DNA of 64,000 nt from Bryobacterales bacterium (GTDB lineage: Bacteria; Acidobacteriota; Terriglobia; Bryobacterales; UBA6623): the NCBI GenBank assembly GCA_965204435.1, contig OZ241997.1, positions 3,076,550-3,140,549 on the forward strand, written 5' to 3'. Under the pieces are notes generated by a model. The model had not been told where the DNA came from and made no database searches. It saw only the letters and a list, made by a program, of their open reading frames with translations. How positions within the stretch are numbered: position 1 is the first letter of the stretch; each line of letters starts with the position of its first letter. Shown here piece by piece: positions 35,287-44,396 of this stretch. Position numbers and translations under genes: made by a program.

Positions 35287-36081
35287 ATGAAGCCGAGAGT
35301 ACGACTGAAGCGCGGCCAGCGCGGTTGGTTCGCGGCCGGTGCGGGCTTCGAGCGAGCGCTGGACGAGCTCAGTGACACGGCGTTCAAGGTGTTCGCGCAC
35401 ATCTGCCTGAGGGCCAGGCGGGCCGACGGCTGTCTGGAGTTCGAGCGGGACGGGCTGGCCCGGCAGCTGGGCAAGAGCCGTTCGACGCTGGGACGCTGCC
35501 TGCGCGAATTGGCGGCCAAGGGGGTCTGCGCGCTGGAAGCTGCACCCAACCAGCATCGCCGCTCGCGGCTGCGGGTGTGCCCGCAGTACTGGCCGTATGA
35601 AGTGGCGGCGCAGCCGGAAGCCGAGCCGTCCGAGCAGACGGTCGCAGACGTCGGCGCGTATGTCACGGAGGTGCGCCGGATATTCTGTCAGCCGGCCTGC
35701 GTGCAGGGTCGGTTCGGACCGGCCGACGAACGCCTGGCGGCAGACTGGCACCGCGCGGGGGTGTCGCTGGAAACGGTGCAACGGGCGATTCTGCTGGGCA
35801 GCGTGCGCAAGTCGATGAGCCTGCTCGATCGGCCGCGCGGCGAGCCGGTCCGCAGCCTGCGCTACTTCGCCAGCTTGGTGGAGGAGGTGCGGACGGAGTC
35901 GTTCCCGGACTCGTACTGGCCGCATCTGGAGTTCAGCCTGCGCCGCTGCGAGCGGATCCGGCAGGGCCGCCAGGCCAAGGAGCCCGGAACTGCCGGGCCA
36001 GATTTGGCACAGGCAGACCCGTTCGGAGAGGTCCAGAGTCCTGCACGTGCAACCGCGGAGGCAGGAAAGGAGACGGGATGA
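35287..36081 (+). CDS. passenger ORF inside the IS: winged-helix/HTH protein of unknown function
   Basis: The ATG lies 2 nt after the orfB stop (264 aa). The N-terminal part resembles DnaD/replication-organiser-type HTH domains (LSDTAFKVFAHICLRARRADGCLEFERDGLARQLGKSRSTLGRCLRELAAKGV). It lies wholly inside the inverted repeats. Confidence 0.6.
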   Translation: MKPRVRLKRGQRGWFAAGAGFERALDELSDTAFKVFAHICLRARRADGCLEFERDGLARQLGKSRSTLGRCLRELAAKGVCALEAAPNQHRRSRLRVCPQYWPYEVAAQPEAEPSEQTVADVGAYVTEVRRIFCQPACVQGRFGPADERLAADWHRAGVSLETVQRAILLGSVRKSMSLLDRPRGEPVRSLRYFASLVEEVRTESFPDSYWPHLEFSLRRCERIRQGRQAKEPGTAGPDLAQADPFGEVQSPARATAEAGKETG

Positions 36082-36133
36082 TGATGACCGTGTCTTGAGG
36101 TACAATCACTGCGGTCGGTAGTTCAGAGTAGTA

Positions 36134-36188
36134 GCGGAGTCCACCTTAAATTCACCGACCCGTGGTCTAAACACATCGGACCACCTCA
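36134..36188. repeat. IS3-family right terminal inverted repeat
   Basis: The sequence is GCGGAGTCCACCTTAAATTCACCGACCCGTGGTCTAAACACATCGGACCACCTCA, the inverted partner of 34098-34145. Confidence 0.75.
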
Positions 36189-36468
36189 GTGGGAAGGCCT
36201 GCCTCTGGTCTAGACCGACGAGCCAACGGGGTTTGGCTGGATCAGTCCCCATTGCCCGAATCACGCCTAGGACAATCGAGCTGGGGGGCGACTAGTGCTC
36301 CGAGCCCGTAGTCTCTCCGGTGCTCAGCGGAGAACGTAGCTCGGTGGAGCGCATGCACGCCTAGGTGGCAGACTTCGGCGGATCTCTCCGCCGACGCTGT
36401 GCTAGACTGAGGCTTCAGGCTCTTCGGGACCCTGCGGCCCAAGAGACACCCTACGGAAGGGGCAGCGG

Positions 36469-36633
36469 ATGCCGAAGAGAACATACCAGCCGAACCGGCG
36501 CAAGAGAGCGAAGACGCACGGGTTTCGCATTCGGATGAGGACAGCGGGAGGCCGACGTGTGCTCAAAGCTCGCCGCGCCAAGGGGCGCAAGCGCCTCACC
36601 GTCAGCGACGAGAAACGCGGAATTCGCTCCTGA
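36469..36633 (+). CDS. rpmH: 50S ribosomal protein L34
   Basis: The ORF is too short for the track, so it was translated by hand: [54 protein letters not shown]. Confidence 0.95.
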   Translation: MPKRTYQPNRRKRAKTHGFRIRMRTAGGRRVLKARRAKGRKRLTVSDEKRGIRS

Positions 36634-36994
36634 TCTAGCCGTCGGCAGGGGGTTCCCGCCACAACGGCGCATCCTCAAGCGCGCTGACTTCCAAGCAGTC
36701 TATGATGGAGGTGTTCGGGTCGGAGCCCGGCTAGTCACGATCTTTGCGATGGCAACGGGTGCGGACCGTCCCGCCCGCGTCGGCCTGACAGTCACCCGCA
36801 AGATCGGCAACTCCGTAGTCAGGAACCGCTGCAAGCGCTTACTCCGCGAGGCCGTTCGCCAGCACTGGCGCTCGCTGCCGACCGGCACGGACGTGGTGCT
36901 GCTCGCCCGCTACGGGCTCGCCACGGCACAGGCCCGAGAGGTGGAGAGAGAGATTGCCCGAATGCTGCCCAAGGCCGCGCAAAGGCTCGGCTGA
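36557..36994 (+). CDS. rnpA: ribonuclease P protein component
   Basis: The ORF contains [17 protein letters not shown]...[25 protein letters not shown]. The only in-frame ATG/GTG/TTG upstream of the conserved N-terminus is GTG 36557, which lies inside rpmH. Confidence 0.85.
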   Translation: MCSKLAAPRGASASPSATRNAEFAPDLAVGRGFPPQRRILKRADFQAVYDGGVRVGARLVTIFAMATGADRPARVGLTVTRKIGNSVVRNRCKRLLREAVRQHWRSLPTGTDVVLLARYGLATAQAREVEREIARMLPKAAQRLG

Positions 36995-37256
36995 GCCATC
37001 CGAGCGGCGCCGGCGCAGTGTCCCGCAAGCCATCGCGCTGGCGATCCTGCGGGTCTACAAGGTGGCTATATCGCCGCTAGTGCCGCCCTCATGCAGATTC
37101 CACCCGACCTGCTCGGACTATGCGCGCGAAGCCATCGAGTGTCACGGGATTGCCCGCGGCGCTGTGTTGGCGGCCAAGCGGCTGCTGCGCTGCCACCCGT
37201 TCTCGCCCGGCGGAATCGACCTAGTCCCGAAGGCCGTCCGGCGAGTGGACCACTAA
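36954..37256 (+). CDS. yidD: membrane protein insertion efficiency factor YidD
   Basis: The ORF contains [30 protein letters not shown]...HP.SPGG.D.VP. The TTG start is uncertain. Confidence 0.85.
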   Translation: MPECCPRPRKGSAEPSERRRRSVPQAIALAILRVYKVAISPLVPPSCRFHPTCSDYAREAIECHGIARGAVLAAKRLLRCHPFSPGGIDLVPKAVRRVDH

Positions 37257-37260
37257 GCCC

Positions 37261-38976
37261 GTGAACGACGAACAATTTATCCAACGCCGAATGCTCATGG
37301 CAGCGGTCCTTTCGGCCGTGGTGATGGGCCTGTACATCTATCTGGCTCCGCGCCCCGAACCTCCGCCGCAACCCGCGCAGGACACACTTGAGGAGACCAC
37401 CCCAGCCCCTGCCGAGGCGGGCGGCCAGGCCGAGGCGGAGCAGCGGCGAGCGACTGCCGCCGAGGAGGCCGACGACACCGACGTCGAAGCCGAGACGGAG
37501 CAAACGGTGGTGGTCGAGAACGAGAACTACCGCGTGGAATTCACCAACCGCGGGGCCGTGGTGACCAGTTGGCAACTCAAGCAATACAACGACTCGCTCG
37601 GCGAGCCGCTCGACCTAGTCCACGCTGACGGGGCCAAGCGCTACGGCATGCCGTTCCGGCTGGTGCGGCCCGGCGGCGACCCGATCGAGGGGACCGACGA
37701 GGCGCTGTTCGCGTTCAACCGCGGCCGAAACGTGCGCAACGCGCCAGAGACCCTGACCTTCGAATACGCAAAGCCCGGGCTGCGAGTCCTCAAGCGCTTC
37801 GCGTTCGAGGCCTCCGGCCACGTCGTGCAGGTCGAGACCCAAGTCGTGGAAGCGGACCGCCCGCAGCGCCACCTGCTGTCCTGGGCCGGAGGATTCGGCG
37901 ACACGGCCCAAGCGGGCAACTCCGTGCACAGCCAGACCTATTACTACACGGACGGCGATATCGAGTACGTGCCCGCAGACGATGCCGAGGACGAGCGCAT
38001 CACCCATTCCGGGCCGTTCCCTTTCGTGGGCATCGGCGACCTGTTCTTCACCGCAGCCGCCATCCCCGAGCCCGGGCAAGACATCCGGATCGAGACCAGC
38101 GCGATCGAGATCGTGCCGGCGGGAGCCGAGCCCGGCGATGAGCAGACCTACGTGGCTGGCGCCTTCGGCGGCGCCACGGACAACCGCTTCCGGCTGTACG
38201 TGGGCCCGAAGAGCCGCTCGTCCCTGGCCGAAGTGGGGGAAGTCGGCAACGCGTTTCGCGGCATTGTCGACTACGGCTTCTTCGCCTTCATCGCCGAGCC
38301 GCTGTTCATCATGCTGCGCTGGGTGCACTCCAACATCGTCGCCAACTGGGGCTGGAGCATCGTGATCATCACGGTCCTCATCAATACGATCCTGTTCCCG
38401 CTCAAGTACAAGAGCACCAAGTCGATGCGTAAGATGCAACAGCTGCAGCCGCTGGTGAAAGAGATCAACAACCGCTACAAGGGCGTGACGATGCGCGACC
38501 CGCGCAAGGCCAAGCAAAACGAAGAGCTACAGGCCCTTTATAAGAAGCACAACGCCAACCCCATGGGCGGCTGCCTGCCGATCCTGCTGCAGATGCCCTT
38601 CTTCTTCGCCTTCTACAAGCTGCTCACCGTGGCGATCGAGATGCGCCAGGCGGAGTGGCTGTGGGTGTCGGACCTGTCCAACCCCGAGACCCTGGCGATC
38701 CGCGTGCTGCCACTGGCCATGGTGGCCACCCAGTTCTGGTCGCAATCGCTCACGCCGACGCCGACCGCGGACGCCATGCAGGCCCGCATGATGAAGTTCA
38801 TGCCGCTGGTGTTCGGATTCATCTTCTACCAGTTCCAAGCCGGCCTAGTGCTATACTGGCTGACCAGCAATTGTGTGGGTATAGCCCAGCAACTCGTGCT
38901 GAACCGGCTACCGCAGGAACAGTTGGAACTGGACCGAAAACCGCAGCGGGGCAAGCGGAAAAAGCGCGGCAAGTAG
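37261..38976 (+). CDS. yidC: membrane protein insertase YidC
   Basis: 571-aa ORF with an N-terminal TM helix, a large periplasmic domain, and the conserved core (NWGWSIVIITVLINTILFPL, MQQLQPL, NPMGGCLPILLQMPFFFAFY). Confidence 0.95.
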   Translation: MNDEQFIQRRMLMAAVLSAVVMGLYIYLAPRPEPPPQPAQDTLEETTPAPAEAGGQAEAEQRRATAAEEADDTDVEAETEQTVVVENENYRVEFTNRGAVVTSWQLKQYNDSLGEPLDLVHADGAKRYGMPFRLVRPGGDPIEGTDEALFAFNRGRNVRNAPETLTFEYAKPGLRVLKRFAFEASGHVVQVETQVVEADRPQRHLLSWAGGFGDTAQAGNSVHSQTYYYTDGDIEYVPADDAEDERITHSGPFPFVGIGDLFFTAAAIPEPGQDIRIETSAIEIVPAGAEPGDEQTYVAGAFGGATDNRFRLYVGPKSRSSLAEVGEVGNAFRGIVDYGFFAFIAEPLFIMLRWVHSNIVANWGWSIVIITVLINTILFPLKYKSTKSMRKMQQLQPLVKEINNRYKGVTMRDPRKAKQNEELQALYKKHNANPMGGCLPILLQMPFFFAFYKLLTVAIEMRQAEWLWVSDLSNPETLAIRVLPLAMVATQFWSQSLTPTPTADAMQARMMKFMPLVFGFIFYQFQAGLVLYWLTSNCVGIAQQLVLNRLPQEQLELDRKPQRGKRKKRGK

Positions 38977-39012
38977 TGCGCCGCCGTTCCCGAGCGGCGC
39001 GGCAAAACGACC

Positions 39013-39519
39013 ATGGCAGACATCGAATGGACCGTTGAATCCCTCGGCCCGCTAATCGATGACTTTCTCAACCCCGTGCTCGACGCGGCCGACTTCGACA
39101 TCGACTACGACATATTCGAGGTGAAGGGCAAGCTCGCGGTGATCGGCCCCGAGCTGATGGTCGATTTCGAGGGCAACGACTCGCGCATGCTCCTGCACCG
39201 CCGGGCAGAGCTGCTCCTGGCCTTGGAGCAGCTGACTCTCGAGGCCCTGCGCATCCCGCACCAAGATCGCTACCGGCTGATCTTCGATGTGAACGACTAC
39301 CGCATGCACCGCATCGAAGAGCTGTGCTTGAAGGCCAAGGCCGCGGCGGAGCAGGTCAAGCAGACCGGCAAGCCGTACAAGTTCCGCCCGATGACTTCTC
39401 GCGAGCGGCGCATCGTCCATGTCACGCTCAGCGACGACGATGAGATCACGACCCTCTCCGAGGGCACTCCGCCCAACCGCTACACGGTGGTCGAGCCACG
39501 CGCCAGCGCAGAGAGCTAG
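39013..39519 (+). CDS. jag: Jag/KhpB-type RNA-binding protein (KH plus R3H domains)
   Basis: 168-aa ORF with the R3H block SRERRIVHVTLSDDDEITTLSEG, in the conserved position after yidC. Confidence 0.8.
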   Translation: MADIEWTVESLGPLIDDFLNPVLDAADFDIDYDIFEVKGKLAVIGPELMVDFEGNDSRMLLHRRAELLLALEQLTLEALRIPHQDRYRLIFDVNDYRMHRIEELCLKAKAAAEQVKQTGKPYKFRPMTSRERRIVHVTLSDDDEITTLSEGTPPNRYTVVEPRASAES

Positions 39520-39564
39520 CGGCGGCCAGCGATCGGCAGCCCCGGACAGCCCCTTGAATCGGCC

Positions 39565-40935
39565 GTGCCCCCGCTTGATCCGCATCTGTCCGCACTGGCG
39601 GCGGACACCATCGTCGCGCCCGCCACGGCTGCCGGGCGCTCAGCCTTGGGAGTGGTCAGGCTGTCGGGCAAGCAGGCGGTTGAGATCGCCCGCGGCCTCC
39701 TGCGGCGACGGCACTGGCGTCCGCGCGAGGCGGTCCTAGACCATCTGGTCGATGCCGACGGGGCACTGGTCGACCAAGTACTGGTAACGCTGTTCCAAGC
39801 GCCCGCCAGCTACACGGGCGAGGACGTGGTCGAGATCTCCTGCCACGGCTCTCCCCCCGTATTGCGGCACGCCGTCGAGCGAGCCGCCGAGCTAGGCGCC
39901 CGCCTAGCCGAGCCGGGAGAATTCACGCGGCGAGCCTGGCGCAACGGCCGCATCGACCTGGTCCAAGCCGAGGCGGTACGCGATCTGATCGACTCTGCCA
40001 CGCTCTACCAAGCCCGAATCGCCGCGCGCCAGACGACCGGGACCCTCTCCAAGCGGCTGCGAGCCGTCAAGCAGTCACTGCTAACGCTGATCGCGCGGCT
40101 GGAGGCAGGGATCGACTTTGCCGAAGATGACATCGAGGTGGAAGGCAGCGCGGCGATCGCGGCGGCGCTGGCGCTGATGCAGCAGCAGATCGGCACTTTG
40201 GTCGAAGGGTTCACTGTCGGCAAGGTAGTGCGCAGCGGCCTGCGGCTCGCCATCGTCGGCCGCCCGAACGTCGGCAAGTCCAGCCTGTTCAACCGCCTCC
40301 TGGAGCGCGAGCGGGCGATCGTCAACCCCGCCGCGGGCACGACGCGGGATGCCATCAGCGAGACTGCGTCATTTGACGGGATACCGGTGGACCTAGTGGA
40401 CACCGCGGGCATCCGGGCGACCGGAGACGCAATCGAGTCAGAGGGTGTCGAGCGGTCGTGGCAGAGCTTGCACGACGCCGATTGCGCGTTGGTCGTGGTG
40501 GACCTGTCGCAGCCCGACACGGGCGAAGACGACGAATTGTGGCAGCGCGCGAGCTCGCATTGCCCGGCGCTGCTGGTGGGCAACAAGCTGGACCTGCCGC
40601 GCCGGCACGGCAAGTCCGAAGAGCTAATCGCCGTGTCGGCCAAGACCGGCGAGGGCATCGAGGACCTGCGCGAACGGATCCGCCAGCGCACCCTGCCCGG
40701 ACTGGACAGTCTGCACGAGGGCTCGCTGGTCACCAACATCCGCCAAGAGCAGCTGCTGCGCGAGGCGCTGCAGGCTCTCGAAAGGGCATCGGACGGCGTC
40801 CGGGCGAGGGTCCCGCACGAAATGCTGTTGCTCGATCTGTACGAAGCCCTGGGACCTCTCGATGCGATCACCGGAGCGACGTCGCTGGATGACATCTTGG
40901 ACCAGATCTTCTCCACGTTTTGCATCGGCAAATAG
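39565..40935 (+). CDS. mnmE: tRNA modification GTPase MnmE
   Basis: 456-aa ORF with DTIVAPATAAGRSALGVVRLSG, the G-domain motif GRPNVGKSSLFN, DTAGIR, and the C-terminal FCIGK. Confidence 0.95.
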   Translation: MPPLDPHLSALAADTIVAPATAAGRSALGVVRLSGKQAVEIARGLLRRRHWRPREAVLDHLVDADGALVDQVLVTLFQAPASYTGEDVVEISCHGSPPVLRHAVERAAELGARLAEPGEFTRRAWRNGRIDLVQAEAVRDLIDSATLYQARIAARQTTGTLSKRLRAVKQSLLTLIARLEAGIDFAEDDIEVEGSAAIAAALALMQQQIGTLVEGFTVGKVVRSGLRLAIVGRPNVGKSSLFNRLLERERAIVNPAAGTTRDAISETASFDGIPVDLVDTAGIRATGDAIESEGVERSWQSLHDADCALVVVDLSQPDTGEDDELWQRASSHCPALLVGNKLDLPRRHGKSEELIAVSAKTGEGIEDLRERIRQRTLPGLDSLHEGSLVTNIRQEQLLREALQALERASDGVRARVPHEMLLLDLYEALGPLDAITGATSLDDILDQIFSTFCIGK

Positions 40936-41095
40936 ATCCCGTCGCGGCGCGCTGATGCATGCCCGGCTGCTGCTGCCCGCCGGCAGAAGCGTGGGCGACG
41001 TTCGCGTTGCGGCAGCGGACCCGCGCGTGAGAATCTCTTCGATCTATCGGTCGGTGCGAGCGCGTCGAGACTCGAACAGCCAAATATAATGGGAC

Positions 41096-41347
41096 TTGAA
41101 GGCCATCATCCAAGTAGCTCCCAAAAAGACCGTGCTGGACCCGCAGGGACGCGCCATTACCAAGGCCCTCCAAGGCCACGGACACGAGGACATTGTCGAC
41201 GTCCGGCAGGGCAAGTTCTTCGAGATCGAACTTGCGCAGGGGGACAGTCCCGAAGGAGTCCGGGAGCGCCTCGAGCGCCTCGCGGCGGAAGTGCTCGCCA
41301 ACCCCGTGATCGAAGACTACGAAGTGACCGTGCTGGACGCGCCCTAG
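41096..41347 (+). CDS. purS: phosphoribosylformylglycinamidine synthase subunit PurS
   Basis: 83-aa ORF from a TTG start. It contains KAIIQVAPKKTVLDPQGRAITKAL...VRQGKFFEIEL...LANPVIEDYEV. Confidence 0.9.
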   Translation: MKAIIQVAPKKTVLDPQGRAITKALQGHGHEDIVDVRQGKFFEIELAQGDSPEGVRERLERLAAEVLANPVIEDYEVTVLDAP

Positions 41348-41361
41348 CCCGGACAAGCGCT

Positions 41362-43218
41362 ATGGCCGGAATCGTCGGATACGCGGGGCGCAAGCAGGCG
41401 GCCGCAGTCATACTCGACGGTCTCCGGAAGCTCGAATACGGCGGCTACGACTCGGCCGGGCTCGCCATCGGATCCGCCAGGGGCGTGCAGTCGCGCCACA
41501 CGACCGGCACTTTGCGCAACTTGGAGACCGCGGTCCGGCTCGATCCGGTTCGCGGCACGTTCGGCGTGGGGCACACCAGTTGGATCGCGCGCCACCTCGC
41601 GCGACCATCGCCAGCGGCGGCTGCCAAGCTGTCCAAGCGGGGCATTCTGGTCGCCGTGTCCGGCGAGCCCGGCAACCTCGACGCTCTTTGGGAGCGTTTG
41701 CCGGACGGCGCCGCGCGCAGGGAAATCACCAGCACGCCCGAAGCCCTGGCGTTGCTGATTCGCAGCAACCGCAGGAAGGGCGACTCGCTCGAAGAGGCCG
41801 TCCGTCGCTCGATCGTCGACATCGAGGGCATCTGCGCCATCGCGGCCATCGCCAACGACGAGCCCGGCAAGGTCGTGGCGGCCCGGCTGGGCCAGCCCAC
41901 GCTGATCGGCCTGGGCAAGCACGAGAACTTCATCGCCTCTGACAAGCCCGCCATCCTGCACAGAACCCGCGACATGATTCAGCTCGAGGACGGCGATATC
42001 GCGGTCGTGACTTCCCGCGGGGTGCAGGTGATGGACTCGGACGGCAGCCGCCTGTCGCGCTCGGTGCATCACGTCCTGTGGGATCCGCTGATGGCCGAGA
42101 AGGGCGGCTACAAGCACTTCGTGCTGAAAGAGATCTTCGAGCAGCCGCGAGCCATCCGCGACACCGCCCTGGGCCGCCTGGACGAAGAGACCGGCAACGT
42201 GGTGCTCGACGAGCTGGGCGTGACCCTGCGCGAATTGCGGGCGGTGCGCCACTTGAACGTGATCGGTTCGGGCAGCTCGTGGCACGCAGGGTTGATCGCC
42301 AAGAACATCGTCGAGCACCTGGCGCGCGTGCCCGTGAACGTTGAGTTCGGCAGCGAGTTCCGCTACAGCGACCCGGTCATCGACGACCGGGTGCTCTCGC
42401 TGGTCGTGAGCAAGTCGGGCGAGACCGCGGACACCTTGGCCGCGCAACAGCTGGCACATGAGCTGGGCTCGAAAACCATCGCCATCTGCAACTCCATCGA
42501 TTCGACGATGGCCCACAACGCCCGCGGGGCGATTCATACCCACGCCGGCCCGGAACTGGCGGCCGTTTCGACCAAGGCCTTCAGCGCACAGCTGACAGCG
42601 CTCTACCTGTTCGCGATGTATCTGGGCCAAGCCCGCGGCAGGCTCTCTGGCGATGCCTCGCGACAGTGCGCGCACGATTTGCTGGAACTGCCCAGCAAGG
42701 TCGAGTCAGCTCTCGAGCTGGCACCGGATTGCGAGCGGGTGGCGCGCCAACTGGCGCACACGAACAAGGTCCTCTACCTCGGGCGCGGCATCCACTACCC
42801 GATCGCGCTCGAGGCGGCGCGCATGCTCAAGGAACTGTCGCACATCCAGGCCGACGCCTGCGCGGCCGGGGAAATGCGCCACGGCCCCACGGCGCTGGTC
42901 GATTCCGACATGGTCGTGGTGGTGCTCGCCACGGTGGACCAGAGCTCTCCCTCCAGCCGCCTGCGCTACGAGAAGACCCTTTCCCAGGTGCGGGAAGTGA
43001 CGGCGCGCCACGGGAGGGCGATCTGCATCGCGAACGAGGATGACGCGCGCATCGCGCAATACGCCCACGAAGTCATCCGCGTCCCGGTCATGCGCGAGCC
43101 GCTGCAGTCAGCGGTCTCGCACATCCCCCTGCAATTGCTGGCTTACTACACGGCCGTGCTGCGGGGTCGCGACGTGGACCAGCCGCGCGACCTAGGTCGC
43201 AGCATCACTGCTGACTGA
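41362..43218 (+). CDS. GlmS-like protein: two SIS domains preceded by a degenerate class-II glutamine amidotransferase domain
   Basis: The ATG at 41362 lies inside track ORF 41089..43218 (618 aa). The product is collinear with GlmS but starts MAGIVGY instead of MCGIVG. The SIS blocks SKSGETADT, VSTKAF, GEMRHGP and DVDQPR are retained. Confidence 0.8.
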   Translation: MAGIVGYAGRKQAAAVILDGLRKLEYGGYDSAGLAIGSARGVQSRHTTGTLRNLETAVRLDPVRGTFGVGHTSWIARHLARPSPAAAAKLSKRGILVAVSGEPGNLDALWERLPDGAARREITSTPEALALLIRSNRRKGDSLEEAVRRSIVDIEGICAIAAIANDEPGKVVAARLGQPTLIGLGKHENFIASDKPAILHRTRDMIQLEDGDIAVVTSRGVQVMDSDGSRLSRSVHHVLWDPLMAEKGGYKHFVLKEIFEQPRAIRDTALGRLDEETGNVVLDELGVTLRELRAVRHLNVIGSGSSWHAGLIAKNIVEHLARVPVNVEFGSEFRYSDPVIDDRVLSLVVSKSGETADTLAAQQLAHELGSKTIAICNSIDSTMAHNARGAIHTHAGPELAAVSTKAFSAQLTALYLFAMYLGQARGRLSGDASRQCAHDLLELPSKVESALELAPDCERVARQLAHTNKVLYLGRGIHYPIALEAARMLKELSHIQADACAAGEMRHGPTALVDSDMVVVVLATVDQSSPSSRLRYEKTLSQVREVTARHGRAICIANEDDARIAQYAHEVIRVPVMREPLQSAVSHIPLQLLAYYTAVLRGRDVDQPRDLGRSITAD

Positions 43219-43234
43219 GCGCGGGCTAGGCCGC

Positions 43235-44254
<1,020 letters not shown>

Positions 44255-44396
44255 GGCTGACGTCCCTCCATGAGGCCGGGCAGAACTGGGGTCTGGCTGG
44301 GCACGTTCAGTATAGCCCTGTTTGAAATTCTGTGCCCGGCTACACCTTAAACTAAGCGGAATTAAGCGGGCGGTGGCTCTGGCCGCTCCGGCAACC

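Larger units (their letters stand above)
34098..36188 (+). mobile_element. IS3-family insertion sequence (2091 bp) with orfA, orfB and an extra third ORF
   Basis: The element is bounded by roughly 50-bp imperfect inverted repeats with TG...CA ends. Internally it has orfA (HTH), a -1-frame orfB (DDE/rve) and a third ORF. Confidence 0.8.

Noticed and set aside
36189-36468. An oriC or DnaA-box cluster upstream of rpmH.
   Set aside because: No TTATCCACA/TGTGGATAA-like 9-mers were seen by eye here or in 33400-33925. The only near match, TTATCCAAC at about 37277, is inside yidC.
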